UHGV virus genome: UHGV-0179687
DNA from: a virus
Direction: 5' to 3' (one strand)
DNA length: 36,267 bases
The notes below the pieces were generated by a model. It saw nothing but the letters and a program-made list of their open reading frames with translations. It searched no databases and was not told where the DNA came from. Position numbers and translations under genes: made by a program. Shown here one piece after another: positions 25,903 to 35,525 of this stretch; position 1 is the stretch's first letter; the number at the start of each line of letters is the position of its first letter.

Positions 25903-27320
25903 GCACAAAATTTTATACCCTGCTGACGGATATTGGCGCGGCGAAACTTGCCAGCGTCGCCGCGCTCGGTGTGCCTTTAAAAATTACCCATATGGCGGTC
26001 GGCGATGGCGGCGGAACATTACCAACGCCGGACGCAAAGCAGACAGCACTGGTAAATGAGAAACGCCGGGCTGCGCTGAATATGCTCTATATCGACCCGC
26101 AGAACAGCAGCCAGATTATTGCTGAGCAGGTGATCCCTGAAAACGAGGGCGGTTGGTGGATACGTGAAGTGGGCCTGTTTGATGAGTCCGGGGCATTGAT
26201 TGCCGTGGGCAACTGCCCGGAAAGCTATAAGCCGCAACTGGCTGAAGGCAGCGGGCGTACCCAGACCGTGCGTATGGTGTTGATTACCAGCAGCACGGAC
26301 AATATCACCCTGAAAATCGATCCTGCCGTAGTGCTGGCAACCCGCAAGTATGTGGATGATAAGGTACTGGAGCTGAAGGTGTACGCGGATGATCAGATGG
26401 CAAAACATCTTGCCGCACCGGACCCGCATTCACAGTATGCACAGAAAGAAAGTCCTACGTTTACCGGGACACCCAAAGCGCCAACGCCAGCGGCGGGGAA
26501 TAACACCACGCAGGTTGCGACCACCGCGTTTGTTCAGGAGGCACTGACGGCTCTTATTAATGGTGCGCCAGCCACGCTGGACACGCTGAAAGAAATAGCC
26601 GTAGCCATTAACAATGATCCGAAATTCAGTACCACCATTAACAATGCGCTGGCACTGAAAGCGCCGCTGTCGAGTCCGGCACTCACCGGAACGCCAACAG
26701 CCCCCACGGCGGCGCAGTCGGTCAACAATACACAGATTGCCACTACGGCTTTTGTGAAATCGGCGATTGCGGCAATGGTGGGTTCTGCACCTGCGGAACT
26801 GGATACACTGAACGAACTGGCGGCGGCGCTGGGGAATGACCCGAACTTTGCCACGACAATGCTTAATGCGCTGGCAGGTAAACAACCGTTGGACAATACG
26901 CTGACTAATTTGAGTGGAAAGGATGTGACTGGTCTTCTCGCATACCTTGGTTTAGGGGAATTGTCTGCTGCTGGGGTTAGCGGTGGCGCTGCATCTGCTT
27001 CAGGATACATCACCATTCCGATGATTATCAGTGGAGCACGGCGGGTCTTATACATTCAATGGGGAGGATTTACTGGAGCTACAGGTAGCTCCGGCTCTGA
27101 CGGGGTATATGAAACCTCAAATATCACCGTCACCTGGCCAGTTGCTTTCCCCAATGCGGTTTTCCAGGTGATAACAGGCGGTTCATCTGATGTTAGTGGT
27201 GTCGGGCAGCAAGAGATGGCATGGAGTCTGGGCAAGACAAAAACTTATGGGATTTTTGGTTTTCAATGCCGTACCCCAAACGCATCGATGAATGGCTCAT
27301 ATCTTGCAATTGGCTATTAA
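25899..27320 (+). CDS. H: tail fibre protein H
   Basis: 473 aa. Conserved N-terminus (MAVGDGGG...YKPQLAEGSGRTQ), two tandem copies of a roughly 70-aa fibre repeat, and a distinct C-terminal domain. Confidence 0.85.
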   Translation: MSTKFYTLLTDIGAAKLASVAALGVPLKITHMAVGDGGGTLPTPDAKQTALVNEKRRAALNMLYIDPQNSSQIIAEQVIPENEGGWWIREVGLFDESGALIAVGNCPESYKPQLAEGSGRTQTVRMVLITSSTDNITLKIDPAVVLATRKYVDDKVLELKVYADDQMAKHLAAPDPHSQYAQKESPTFTGTPKAPTPAAGNNTTQVATTAFVQEALTALINGAPATLDTLKEIAVAINNDPKFSTTINNALALKAPLSSPALTGTPTAPTAAQSVNNTQIATTAFVKSAIAAMVGSAPAELDTLNELAAALGNDPNFATTMLNALAGKQPLDNTLTNLSGKDVTGLLAYLGLGELSAAGVSGGAASASGYITIPMIISGARRVLYIQWGGFTGATGSSGSDGVYETSNITVTWPVAFPNAVFQVITGGSSDVSGVGQQEMAWSLGKTKTYGIFGFQCRTPNASMNGSYLAIGY

Positions 27321-27333
27321 ATGAGGGCATTAA

Positions 27334-27810
27334 ATGAGATTTTCAGTTAGCACCCAATCATTCTACGATGATAATTATGAGGAAAACGCAATAGTCGACG
27401 ATTTACCCTCAGATGTTCAGGCGATAGATAATGAGCAATATGCCCGTTTTTTTAATGCAATAAATAGTGACCGGGTGGTTTATCTGGTTGCCGATAAATA
27501 CAACATTTCTCAACCGCGCCCTGATAAATACCATTCATGGGATGCAGCTGGCAATACCTGGGTTATGACAGATGCAGCCGTAACGCGAAAGTCGGCAGAT
27601 CTAATAGCTGATGCTGAGCTACGGAGATCTACGTTGTTATCCGAAGCAGGTACCGCGATATCTCCGCTGCAGGATGCTGTTGAACTGGATATGGCAACAG
27701 ACGAAGAAAAGAGCCGCTATGATGCCTGGCGAAAATACCGCGTATTGCTGATGCGGGTGGATACATCGCTGGCACCTGATATTAACTGGCCTGAGCCGCC
27801 CAAAGATTAA
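27334..27810 (+). CDS. G: tail fibre assembly protein G
   Basis: 158 aa immediately after H. Size and position. Confidence 0.75.
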   Translation: MRFSVSTQSFYDDNYEENAIVDDLPSDVQAIDNEQYARFFNAINSDRVVYLVADKYNISQPRPDKYHSWDAAGNTWVMTDAAVTRKSADLIADAELRRSTLLSEAGTAISPLQDAVELDMATDEEKSRYDAWRKYRVLLMRVDTSLAPDINWPEPPKD

Positions 27811-27816
27811 TCCCGT

Positions 27817-27838
27817 CCCCGCACCTGCGGGGATTTTT
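27817..27838 (+). terminator. rho-independent terminator after G
   Basis: ccccgc / gcgggg stem with loop acct, followed by aTTTTTcT. Confidence 0.7.
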
Positions 27839-27851
27839 CTGTCCTTTCCAT

Positions 27852-27869
27852 TGTGTCATTCCCCACACA
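27852..27869. promoter_or_regulatory. TGT-N12-ACA dyad upstream of FI
   Basis: TGTgtcattccccacACA, about 84 nt upstream of the FI start codon. Confidence 0.6.
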
Positions 27870-27943
27870 TAGCCCGGCGCGTGCGGCGCGCGCTTATTAA
27901 CCAGAACATAGGCACACCCCCTGTAAATTGGAGAGACTGCCTT

Positions 27944-29116
27944 ATGGCCCAGGATTACCACCACGGGGTGCGCGTTGTTGAAGTCAACGATGGCACCCGA
28001 TCCATTACCACGGTGAGCACCGCTATCGTGGGCATGGTCTGCACCGGCGATGATGCTGATGCGTCCATGTTTCCGCTCAATAAGCCGGTCCTGCTGACCG
28101 ATGTGCTGACCGCCAGCGGTAAGGCGGGCGAGTCCGGCACACTGGCTCGTTCGCTGGATGCAATTGCTGATCAGGCAAAACCCGTGACCGTTGTTGTGCG
28201 TGTGCCGCAGGGTGAAACGGAAGAAGAAACCACAACTAATATCATCGGCGCAGTGACTGATGAAGGTAAAAAAACAGGCATGAAAGCTCTGTTATCTGCC
28301 CAGTCACAGCTCGGCGTTAAACCGCGCATTCTCGGCGTGCCAGGCCACGATAACAAAGCCGTTGCGACTGAGTTGCTGAGCGTGGCGCAAAGCCTGCGTG
28401 GGTTTGCTTACCTGTCAGCGTATGGCTGCAAGACAGTGCAGGAGGCGATCACTTACCGTGAAAACTTCAGTCAGCGTGAAGGAATGCTGATCTGGCCCGA
28501 CTTTACTGGCTGGGACACGGTGCTGAATGCCGAAGCAACGGCTTATGCCACCGCCCGTGCGCTTGGTCTGCGCGCTAAAATTGACGAGCAGACCGGATGG
28601 CACAAAAGCCTGTCCAACGTGGGCGTTAACGGTGTCACCGGAATTTCTGCTGATGTGTTCTGGGATCTGCAGGACACGGCAACAGATGCGGGACTGCTGA
28701 ACCAGAACGACGTTACCACCCTTATCCGCAAAGACGGTTTCCGCTTCTGGGGTTCCCGCTGCCTGAGTGATGACCCGCTCTTTGCCTTCGAAAACTACAC
28801 CCGCACGGCGCAGGTACTTATGGACACAATGGCAGAAGCGCATATGTGGGCGGTGGACAAACCGCTGAACCCGTCGTTGGCCCGCGACATTATCGAAGGT
28901 ATCCGCGCCAAAATGCGCAGCCTGGTCAGTCAGGGCTATCTCATTGGTGGTGATTGCTGGCTGGATGAGTCGGTGAACGACAAAGATACTCTGAAAGCCG
29001 GGAAGCTCACCATCGACTACGACTACACGCCAGTGCCGCCACTTGAAAACCTGATGCTGCGTCAGCGCATCACCGATCAGTACCTGGTGAATTTCTCCAG
29101 CCAGGTCAGCGCGTAA
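27944..29116 (+). CDS. FI: tail sheath protein FI
   Basis: Start at the ATG at 27944 ([14 protein letters not shown]...). Conserved VNGVTGISA...FWDLQ and [17 protein letters not shown] segments of P2-type sheath. Confidence 0.9.
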   Translation: MAQDYHHGVRVVEVNDGTRSITTVSTAIVGMVCTGDDADASMFPLNKPVLLTDVLTASGKAGESGTLARSLDAIADQAKPVTVVVRVPQGETEEETTTNIIGAVTDEGKKTGMKALLSAQSQLGVKPRILGVPGHDNKAVATELLSVAQSLRGFAYLSAYGCKTVQEAITYRENFSQREGMLIWPDFTGWDTVLNAEATAYATARALGLRAKIDEQTGWHKSLSNVGVNGVTGISADVFWDLQDTATDAGLLNQNDVTTLIRKDGFRFWGSRCLSDDPLFAFENYTRTAQVLMDTMAEAHMWAVDKPLNPSLARDIIEGIRAKMRSLVSQGYLIGGDCWLDESVNDKDTLKAGKLTIDYDYTPVPPLENLMLRQRITDQYLVNFSSQVSA

Positions 29117-29125
29117 GGGGATAAC

Positions 29126-29641
29126 ATGGCTTTACCACGCAAATTAAAACACCTGAACCTGTTTAACGACGGGAACAACTGGCAGGGGATCGTTGAGTCG
29201 CTGACGCTGCCGAAATTCACCCGCAAATATGAGAAGTATCGCGGCGGCGGAATGCCGGGGGCGGTGGATGTGGATCTGGGGCTTGATGACAGTGCTCTGG
29301 ACACAGAATTTTCCATTGGTGGTACTGAACTGCTGCTGTTTAAGCAGATGGGCAAATCCACGGTGGATGGCATCCAACTGCGCTTTACCGGCTCTATCCA
29401 GCGTGACGATACCGGGGAAGTGCAGGCCGTGGAGCTTGTCGTGCGTGGGCGTCACAAAGAAGTGGATTCCGGCGAGTGGAAGACGGGCGAAAGCAACACC
29501 ACCAAAGTGACCAGTACCAACAGCTACGCGAAGCTGACCATCAATGGTGAGGTGCTCTATGAAGTGGACCTTATCAACATGGTGGAAATTGTGGACGGTG
29601 TGGACCTGATGGAAGCGCACCGCAACGCCCTCGGCCTCTGA
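29126..29641 (+). CDS. FII: tail tube protein FII
   Basis: 171 aa directly after FI. Confidence 0.9.
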   Translation: MALPRKLKHLNLFNDGNNWQGIVESLTLPKFTRKYEKYRGGGMPGAVDVDLGLDDSALDTEFSIGGTELLLFKQMGKSTVDGIQLRFTGSIQRDDTGEVQAVELVVRGRHKEVDSGEWKTGESNTTKVTSTNSYAKLTINGEVLYEVDLINMVEIVDGVDLMEAHRNALGL

Positions 29642-29695
29642 TGTATCTGAACGGCGCGGAATGCCGCGCCAGGACCCAATTTACAGGACAGCAAA

Positions 29696-29998
29696 ATGAG
29701 CGATAAGCAGACTGAAAAGACCATTCAACTGGATACCCCCATCAAGCGTGGTAAAACTGAAATCACCGAAATTGTGCTGCGTAAACCGCAGTCCGGTGCG
29801 CTGCGCGGTACACGCCTGCAGGCCATTATGGATATGGATGTGAACGCGATGATGACCGTGATCCCCCGCATCTCCAGCCCGGCACTGACCGCACAGGAAA
29901 TTGCAGAGATGGACCCGGCAGATCTCACTGCCATGTCGGTTGAGGTTGTCACTTTTTTGTTGAAGAAGTCGGTGCTTGCCGGTTTACCGACAGCCTGA
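29696..29998 (+). CDS. E: tail assembly chaperone E
   Basis: 100-aa ORF preceding the tape measure gene. Contains the slippery T run near its 3' end. Confidence 0.8.
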   Translation: MSDKQTEKTIQLDTPIKRGKTEITEIVLRKPQSGALRGTRLQAIMDMDVNAMMTVIPRISSPALTAQEIAEMDPADLTAMSVEVVTFLLKKSVLAGLPTA

Positions 29999-30132
29999 CG
30001 GTTGACGATCTGGTGGCAGATATCGCCACCATTTTTCACTGGCCGCCATCCGTTACTGACGTTATGCCGCTGACAGAAGTGCTGGAATGGCGGTATAAAG
30101 CGATTCAGAGAAGCGGGGCCAACGATGAGTGA
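29696..30132 (+). CDS. E+E' fusion made by a programmed -1 frameshift
   Basis: Slippery T-TTT-TTG at 29953..29959. The -1 frame then stays open for 58 codons to TGA at 30130..30132, overlapping the T start. This is the P2 E/E' arrangement. Confidence 0.65.
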
Positions 30133-33100
30133 TAATAACCTGCGCCTGCAGGTCATTCTTAATGCGGTTGACAAACTCACCCGCCCATTCCGTGCTGCAC
30201 AGGCCAGTTCGAAAGAGCTGGCTGGCGCAATCAGAAACTCCCGTGACGCATTAAAGCAACTCAATCAGGCGGGTAACAGCCTGGAAAAATTTCGCAAGCT
30301 GCAGGCCGATAACAAAAGGTTAGGCGACAGGCTGAACTATGCCAGACAGAAGGCAAATTTGCTTAGTTCTGAGCTGGAAGCGATGGAACAACCATCACAA
30401 CGGCACCTTGTGGCTTTAGGTCGGCAAACGCTGGCAGTCCAACGCCTGGAAGAACAACAAAAATATTTGCAGAAGCAAACGGCGCTTGTGCGTGCAGAAC
30501 TGTATCGGGCGGGAATTTCTGCGAAAGATGATGCGGGAGCAACTGCCCGTTTAGCCCGTGAAACATCACGTTATAACCAGGAATTGTCGAAACAGGAGGC
30601 GCGGCTGAAGCGACTGGGGGAAGCTCAGCGCAGGATGAATGCGGCGCGTGCCAGTTATGCCCGTTCGCTGGAGGTGCGTGATCGTATTGCAGGAGCCGGA
30701 GCCACCACCACGGCTGCAGGGCTGGCAATGGGGACACCAGTGATGGCGGCAGTAAAAAGCTATACCAGCATGGAAGATGCCATGAAAGGTGTGGCAAAGC
30801 AGGTCAATGGTCTGCGTGACGATAATGGCAACCGCACTGCACGTTTTTATGAAATGCAGGATGCCATCAAGGCTGCCAGCGAACAGTTGCCGATGGAAAA
30901 CGGTGCGGTGGACTTCGCTGCACTGGTTGAAGGTGGTGCGCGTATGAACGTCGCAAACCCTGACGACAGCTGGGAAGACCAGAAACGTGACCTGCTGGAC
31001 TTCGCCAGTACGGCGGCAAAGGCGGCAACAGCCTTTGAGCTGCCAGCGGATGAACTGTCAGAAAGTCTGGGGAAAATCGCCCAGCTCTACAAAATACCTA
31101 CCCGCAATATTGAACAGCTCGGCGATGCGCTGAACTATCTGGATGATAACGCCATGTCGAAAGGGGCGGACATCATTGATGTCATGCAACGTCTGGGCGG
31201 TGTGGCTGACCGTCTGGATTATCGTAAAGCGGCGGCACTGGGTTCCACCTTTCTGACACTGGGCGCTGCGCCGGAGGTTGCAGCCAGTGCAGCAAACGCG
31301 ATGGTGCGTGAATTGTCCATTGCCACCATGCAAAGCAAGAGTTTCTTTGAAGGGATGAATCTGCTGAAACTCAATCCTGAAGTGATTGAAAAGCAGATGA
31401 CGAAGGATGCGATGGGAACTATCCAGCGTGTGCTGGAGAAGGTGAACGCACTGCCGCAGGACAAGCGTCTGTCTGCCATGACCATGTTGTTTGGTAAAGA
31501 GTTTGGTGATGACGCGGCGAAACTGGCAAACAACCTGCCGGAACTGCAGCGCCAGCTAAAACTGACAGCGGGCAATGATGCGCTCGGTTCCATGCAGAAA
31601 GAATCCGACATCAACAAGGACTCACTTTCTGCTCAGTGGTTGCTGGTTAAAACCGGAGCGCAGAACACCTTCAGCAGCCTGGGCGAAACGCTGCGCCAGC
31701 CGCTGATGGATATTCTGTACACGGTGAAAAGCATTACGGGGGCGTTGCGCCGCTGGGTGGAAGCTAACCCGGAACTGACAGGCACACTGATGAAAGTAGC
31801 GGCTGTTGTGGCTGCGGTTACCGTAGGCCTCGGCACCTTAGCGGTGGCGCTGGCTGCAGTGCTGGGGCCGCTGGCAGTGATCCGTCTGGGATTCTCTGTG
31901 CTGGGTATCAAAACGTTACCTTCCGTTACGGCAGCAGTAACTCGAACCAGCAGCGCGTTGTCCTGGCTGGCTGGCGCTCCACTGGCACTGCTGCGACGCG
32001 GGCTTGCTTCATCGGGCAACGCAGCGGGTTTACTTACTGCGCCGTTGTCGTCTTTGCACCGCACGGCATCACTGACGGGAAATGTCCTGAAAACTGTAGC
32101 AGGTGCGCCGGTTGCACTGTTGCGGTCTGGATTATCCGGTTTACGTGCGGTTGCTGTGATGTTTATGAATCCACTGGCAGCACTACGCGGCGGGCTGGCT
32201 GCCACAGGCACAGTGCTGCGAGTACTGGCATCTGGTCCACTGGCGATGTTGCGCGTTGCCCTGTATGCCGTATCTGGTCTGTTAGGTGCTCTGCTCAGTC
32301 CGATAGGTCTTGTGGTTACTGCACTGGCGGGTGTGGCACTGGTTGTCTGGAAATACTGGCAACCCATCACCGCATTTCTCGGTGGCGTGGTGGAAGGATT
32401 CAAAGCGGCGGCAGGTCCCATCAGTGCAGCGTTCGAACCGCTTAAGCCTGTGTTCCAGTGGATTGGCGACAAAGTGCAGGCGCTGTGGGGCTGGTTTACT
32501 GATCTGCTGACGCCCGTTAAGTCGACCTCTGCCGAACTGCAGAGTGCTGCGGCAATGGGGCGGAGATTCGGGGAGGCACTGGCGGAAGGGCTGAATATGG
32601 TCATGCATCCGCTGGAGTCCCTGAAATCTGGCGTTTCCTGGTTGCTGGAGAAACTCGGCATTGTCAGTAAAGAGGCTGCAAAGGCGAAACTGCCGGAAAG
32701 AGTGACGCGTCAGCAACCTGCGACGGTGAATGCAGACGGTAAAGTGATGATGCCATCGGGTGGTTTTCCGTCATGGGGATATGGCTTTGCGGGGATGTAT
32801 GACAGCGGCGGCTATATCCCGCGCGGGCAGTTTGGCATCGTCGGTGAAAACGGGCCGGAAATTGTTAACGGCCCGGCAAATGTGACCAGCCGGAGAAATA
32901 CAGCTGCACTGGCTGCCGTTGTTGCCGGAATGATGGGTGTTGCTGCCGCGCCTGCAGAGCTTCCACCGTTGCATCCGTTGGCACTTCCCGCGAAAGGCGG
33001 CGAAGCGATGTTGAGTCGTGCAGCCACTGTGCCGCCCGTTCAACGGATTGAGGCACCGACGCAGATCATCATTCAGACGCAGCCAGGACAAAGTGCGCAG

Positions 33101-33202
33101 GATATTGCGCGGGAGGTGGCCCGCCAGCTTGATGAACGTGAACGCAGGCTGAAGGCAAAAGCCAGGAGTAACTACAGCGATCAGGGGGGATACGACGCAT
33201 GA
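30125..33202 (+). CDS. T: tail tape measure protein T
   Basis: 1025 aa, coiled-coil N-terminal third, Gly/Ala-rich hydrophobic middle, directly after E/E'. Confidence 0.9.
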   Translation: MSDNNLRLQVILNAVDKLTRPFRAAQASSKELAGAIRNSRDALKQLNQAGNSLEKFRKLQADNKRLGDRLNYARQKANLLSSELEAMEQPSQRHLVALGRQTLAVQRLEEQQKYLQKQTALVRAELYRAGISAKDDAGATARLARETSRYNQELSKQEARLKRLGEAQRRMNAARASYARSLEVRDRIAGAGATTTAAGLAMGTPVMAAVKSYTSMEDAMKGVAKQVNGLRDDNGNRTARFYEMQDAIKAASEQLPMENGAVDFAALVEGGARMNVANPDDSWEDQKRDLLDFASTAAKAATAFELPADELSESLGKIAQLYKIPTRNIEQLGDALNYLDDNAMSKGADIIDVMQRLGGVADRLDYRKAAALGSTFLTLGAAPEVAASAANAMVRELSIATMQSKSFFEGMNLLKLNPEVIEKQMTKDAMGTIQRVLEKVNALPQDKRLSAMTMLFGKEFGDDAAKLANNLPELQRQLKLTAGNDALGSMQKESDINKDSLSAQWLLVKTGAQNTFSSLGETLRQPLMDILYTVKSITGALRRWVEANPELTGTLMKVAAVVAAVTVGLGTLAVALAAVLGPLAVIRLGFSVLGIKTLPSVTAAVTRTSSALSWLAGAPLALLRRGLASSGNAAGLLTAPLSSLHRTASLTGNVLKTVAGAPVALLRSGLSGLRAVAVMFMNPLAALRGGLAATGTVLRVLASGPLAMLRVALYAVSGLLGALLSPIGLVVTALAGVALVVWKYWQPITAFLGGVVEGFKAAAGPISAAFEPLKPVFQWIGDKVQALWGWFTDLLTPVKSTSAELQSAAAMGRRFGEALAEGLNMVMHPLESLKSGVSWLLEKLGIVSKEAAKAKLPERVTRQQPATVNADGKVMMPSGGFPSWGYGFAGMYDSGGYIPRGQFGIVGENGPEIVNGPANVTSRRNTAALAAVVAGMMGVAAAPAELPPLHPLALPAKGGEAMLSRAATVPPVQRIEAPTQIIIQTQPGQSAQDIAREVARQLDERERRLKAKARSNYSDQGGYDA

Positions 33203-33684
33203 TGATGGTGCTGGGATTATACGTGTTTATGCTGCGCACCGTGCCGTATCAGGAGCTGCAGTATCAGCGCAGCTGGCGACATGCGGCTAACAGCCGGGTT
33301 AACCGACGCCCGTCAACGCAGTTTCTGGGACCGGATAACGACATGCTGACGCTTTCTGGCGTTCTTATGCCGGAAATAACAGGCGGCAGGCTGTCGTTGC
33401 TGGCACTGGAGCAGATGGCAGAACAGGGGAAAGCATGGCCCCTGATTGAAGGCAGCGGCACGATTTACGGCATGTATGTGATTGAGGGACTGAATCAGAC
33501 TAAAACGGAGTTTTTCCGCGACGGTATGCCGCGCAGGATTGAGTTCACCCTGTCGCTAAAACGCGTGGATGAATCCCTGTCCGATATGTTCGGTGATCTC
33601 AGTGCGCAACTGAATAATCTGCAGGGAACGGAAACATCTGCCTTAAGCGATATCAGTAAAACGGTGGGAGGGCTGCTGTCGTGA
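33199..33684 (+). CDS. U: tail protein U
   Basis: 161 aa, overlapping the T stop. Confidence 0.85.
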   Translation: MMMVLGLYVFMLRTVPYQELQYQRSWRHAANSRVNRRPSTQFLGPDNDMLTLSGVLMPEITGGRLSLLALEQMAEQGKAWPLIEGSGTIYGMYVIEGLNQTKTEFFRDGMPRRIEFTLSLKRVDESLSDMFGDLSAQLNNLQGTETSALSDISKTVGGLLS

Positions 33685-34781
33685 ATTTCAGCTCTGAACT
33701 GCTTAACAAAGGCAACAAAACTCCGGCATTCAGCATCAGTATTGAAGGCAGGGATATCACCACTGTGCTGGACAACCGCCTGATGGGGCTGACGCTGACG
33801 GATAACCGGGGATTTGAAGCGGACCAGCTTGATCTGGAGCTGGACGACGCCGATGGAAAAATCGTGCTGCCGCGCCGTGGTGCGGTCATTACGCTGGCGC
33901 TGGGCTGGAAGGGGCAGCCGCTTTTCCCGAAAGGGGCATTCACGGTGGACGAGATTGAACACACTGGCGCACCGGACCGCCTGACTATCCGGGCGCGAAG
34001 TGCTGATTTTCGGGAAACCCTGAATACCCGCCGTGAAAAATCGTGGCATAACACCACCATCGGGGAAGTGGTGAAGGAAATAGCCGCGCGGCACAAGCTG
34101 AAGATGGCACTGGGTAAAGAGCTGTCGGATAAGCCCGTGGAGCATATAGACCAGACTAATGAGAGTGACGGCAGTTTTCTGATGCGACTGGCGCGACAGT
34201 ACGGTGCCATCGCGTCGGTGAAAAATGGCAATCTGTTATTCATCCGGCAGGGGCAGGGCAAAAGCGCCACTGGTAAACCACTGCCAGTGATCACTATCAC
34301 ACGCAAGGACGGCGACAGTCACCGCTTTACCCTGGCAGATCGCGGAGCCTACACGGGCGTAATTGCCAGCTGGTTGCATACCCGTGAACCTGCGAAGAAA
34401 GAAAGCACCACGGTGAAGCGTAAGCGCAGAACTAAGAAGCAGAAGAAAGAGCCGGAAGCGAAGCAGGGCGATTACCTGGTGGGTACGGATGAAAACGTGC
34501 TGGTACTTAATCGCACTTATGCCAACCGGAGCAACGCCGAACGAGCGGCGAAAATGCAGTGGGAACGCCTGCAACGCGGCGTTGCGTCATTCTCGCTACA
34601 ACTGGCGGAAGGGCGGGCAGATCTCTACACGGAAATGCCAGTGAAAGTCAGTGGCTTTAAACAGCCGATAGATGATGCGGAATGGACTATTACCACCCTG
34701 ACGCATACTGTCAGCCCGGATAACGGTTTTACGACCAGTCTGGAGCTTGAAGTGAAGATTGATGATTTCGAAATGGAATGA
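33681..34781 (+). CDS. D: tail protein D
   Basis: 366 aa, overlapping the U stop. Last late structural gene. Confidence 0.85.
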   Translation: MNFSSELLNKGNKTPAFSISIEGRDITTVLDNRLMGLTLTDNRGFEADQLDLELDDADGKIVLPRRGAVITLALGWKGQPLFPKGAFTVDEIEHTGAPDRLTIRARSADFRETLNTRREKSWHNTTIGEVVKEIAARHKLKMALGKELSDKPVEHIDQTNESDGSFLMRLARQYGAIASVKNGNLLFIRQGQGKSATGKPLPVITITRKDGDSHRFTLADRGAYTGVIASWLHTREPAKKESTTVKRKRRTKKQKKEPEAKQGDYLVGTDENVLVLNRTYANRSNAERAAKMQWERLQRGVASFSLQLAEGRADLYTEMPVKVSGFKQPIDDAEWTITTLTHTVSPDNGFTTSLELEVKIDDFEME

Positions 34782-34871
34782 TTCTTCGCAATGGAGAACT
34801 TTTAAGTTTTCAAAATGGAATAATGCGGTATCATTATTGTGAATTTAGCAAAAATGGGGAGAACTCGAAAA

Positions 34872-35090
34872 ATGATGATTTGCCCACTGTGTGGAAGTGC
34901 CGCCCATACTCGCAGCAGTTTTCAGGTATCTTCATTGACCAAAGAGCGTTACAACCAGTGCCAGAACATTAACTGCAGCCATACTTTTGTTACCCATGAA
35001 ACTTTTGTTCGTTCGATTGCAACGCCAAAAGAGTCAAATCCGGTTCAGCCGCATCCTCATAAATTTAAACAGGTGGGTTTGCCGATTTAA
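34872..35090 (+). CDS. ogr: Ogr/Delta-type zinc-finger late-gene activator
   Basis: 72 aa, MMICPLCGSAAHTRSS...ERYNQCQNINCSHTF, with the Cys-x2-Cys...Cys-x4-Cys spacing of P2 Ogr. Confidence 0.85.
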   Translation: MMICPLCGSAAHTRSSFQVSSLTKERYNQCQNINCSHTFVTHETFVRSIATPKESNPVQPHPHKFKQVGLPI

Positions 35091-35351
35091 ATGGCGACAT
35101 AACTACATGATTTAAAACTATACTTTTCTATAAGTTGAGGTTAAATTAACAATGCCTGACGTTAGCGGGGATTTATCCCCACTCCGTAGATATGTAGTTT
35201 GTCGCTTTGCGACTGCGGACCGATTACCTGATTGCCATGTAATCGGACGCCGACTTGTTAAGCTTTCTGGGCTAACTGGTTGTTATTTTTTATTTAGTTA
35301 GGGCCATGCGCTTGCGCTAAGAGACGTCAGGTATCTATGGAGGAACAAGTT

Positions 35352-35525
35352 ATGGATACAAACGAACTTGGCTTAGTTAAGGCGCGTGTTGAACTGATCA
35401 CCGCTATGCTCAAATGCGCAACCGCGTTTGTTGGCTTAGTTGGTGCGGTTTACGCCGTTCTTAACATGGCCTTCAACTACAACAATTTAACTCATGACAA
35501 TAGAAGTTCAAAGGTGGGAAGATAA
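35352..35525 (+). CDS. small hydrophobic protein upstream of the reverse transcriptase
   Basis: 57 aa from the ATG at 35352, with ggagg 8 nt upstream. One long hydrophobic segment (ATAFVGLVGAVYAVLNMAF). Its 3' end overlaps the RT start by 32 nt. Coding status is uncertain. Confidence 0.4.
   Translation: MDTNELGLVKARVELITAMLKCATAFVGLVGAVYAVLNMAFNYNNLTHDNRSSKVGR

Noticed and set aside
27811-27943. Accessory cargo between G and FI (Z/fun position)
   Set aside because: Only 133 nt, holding a terminator and a late-promoter dyad. No ORF.
31633-32661. 342-aa minus-strand ORF inside the tape measure gene
   Set aside because: Antisense shadow ORF in a GC-rich, Ala/Gly-rich coding region. Low-complexity product, and the sense-strand gene is well supported.
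35155-35331. 8-bp inverted repeat (cctgacgt / acgtcagg) as retron a1/a2 boundaries
   Set aside because: Too short to distinguish from chance in a 250-nt region. No long msd-type hairpin found, so retron identity is left as a hypothesis.
35337-35525. Small ORF region read as an msd DNA-template hairpin rather than coding sequence
   Set aside because: No extended inverted repeat. The segment has a good RBS and a coherent hydrophobic reading frame, so a small protein is the simpler reading, though unproven.
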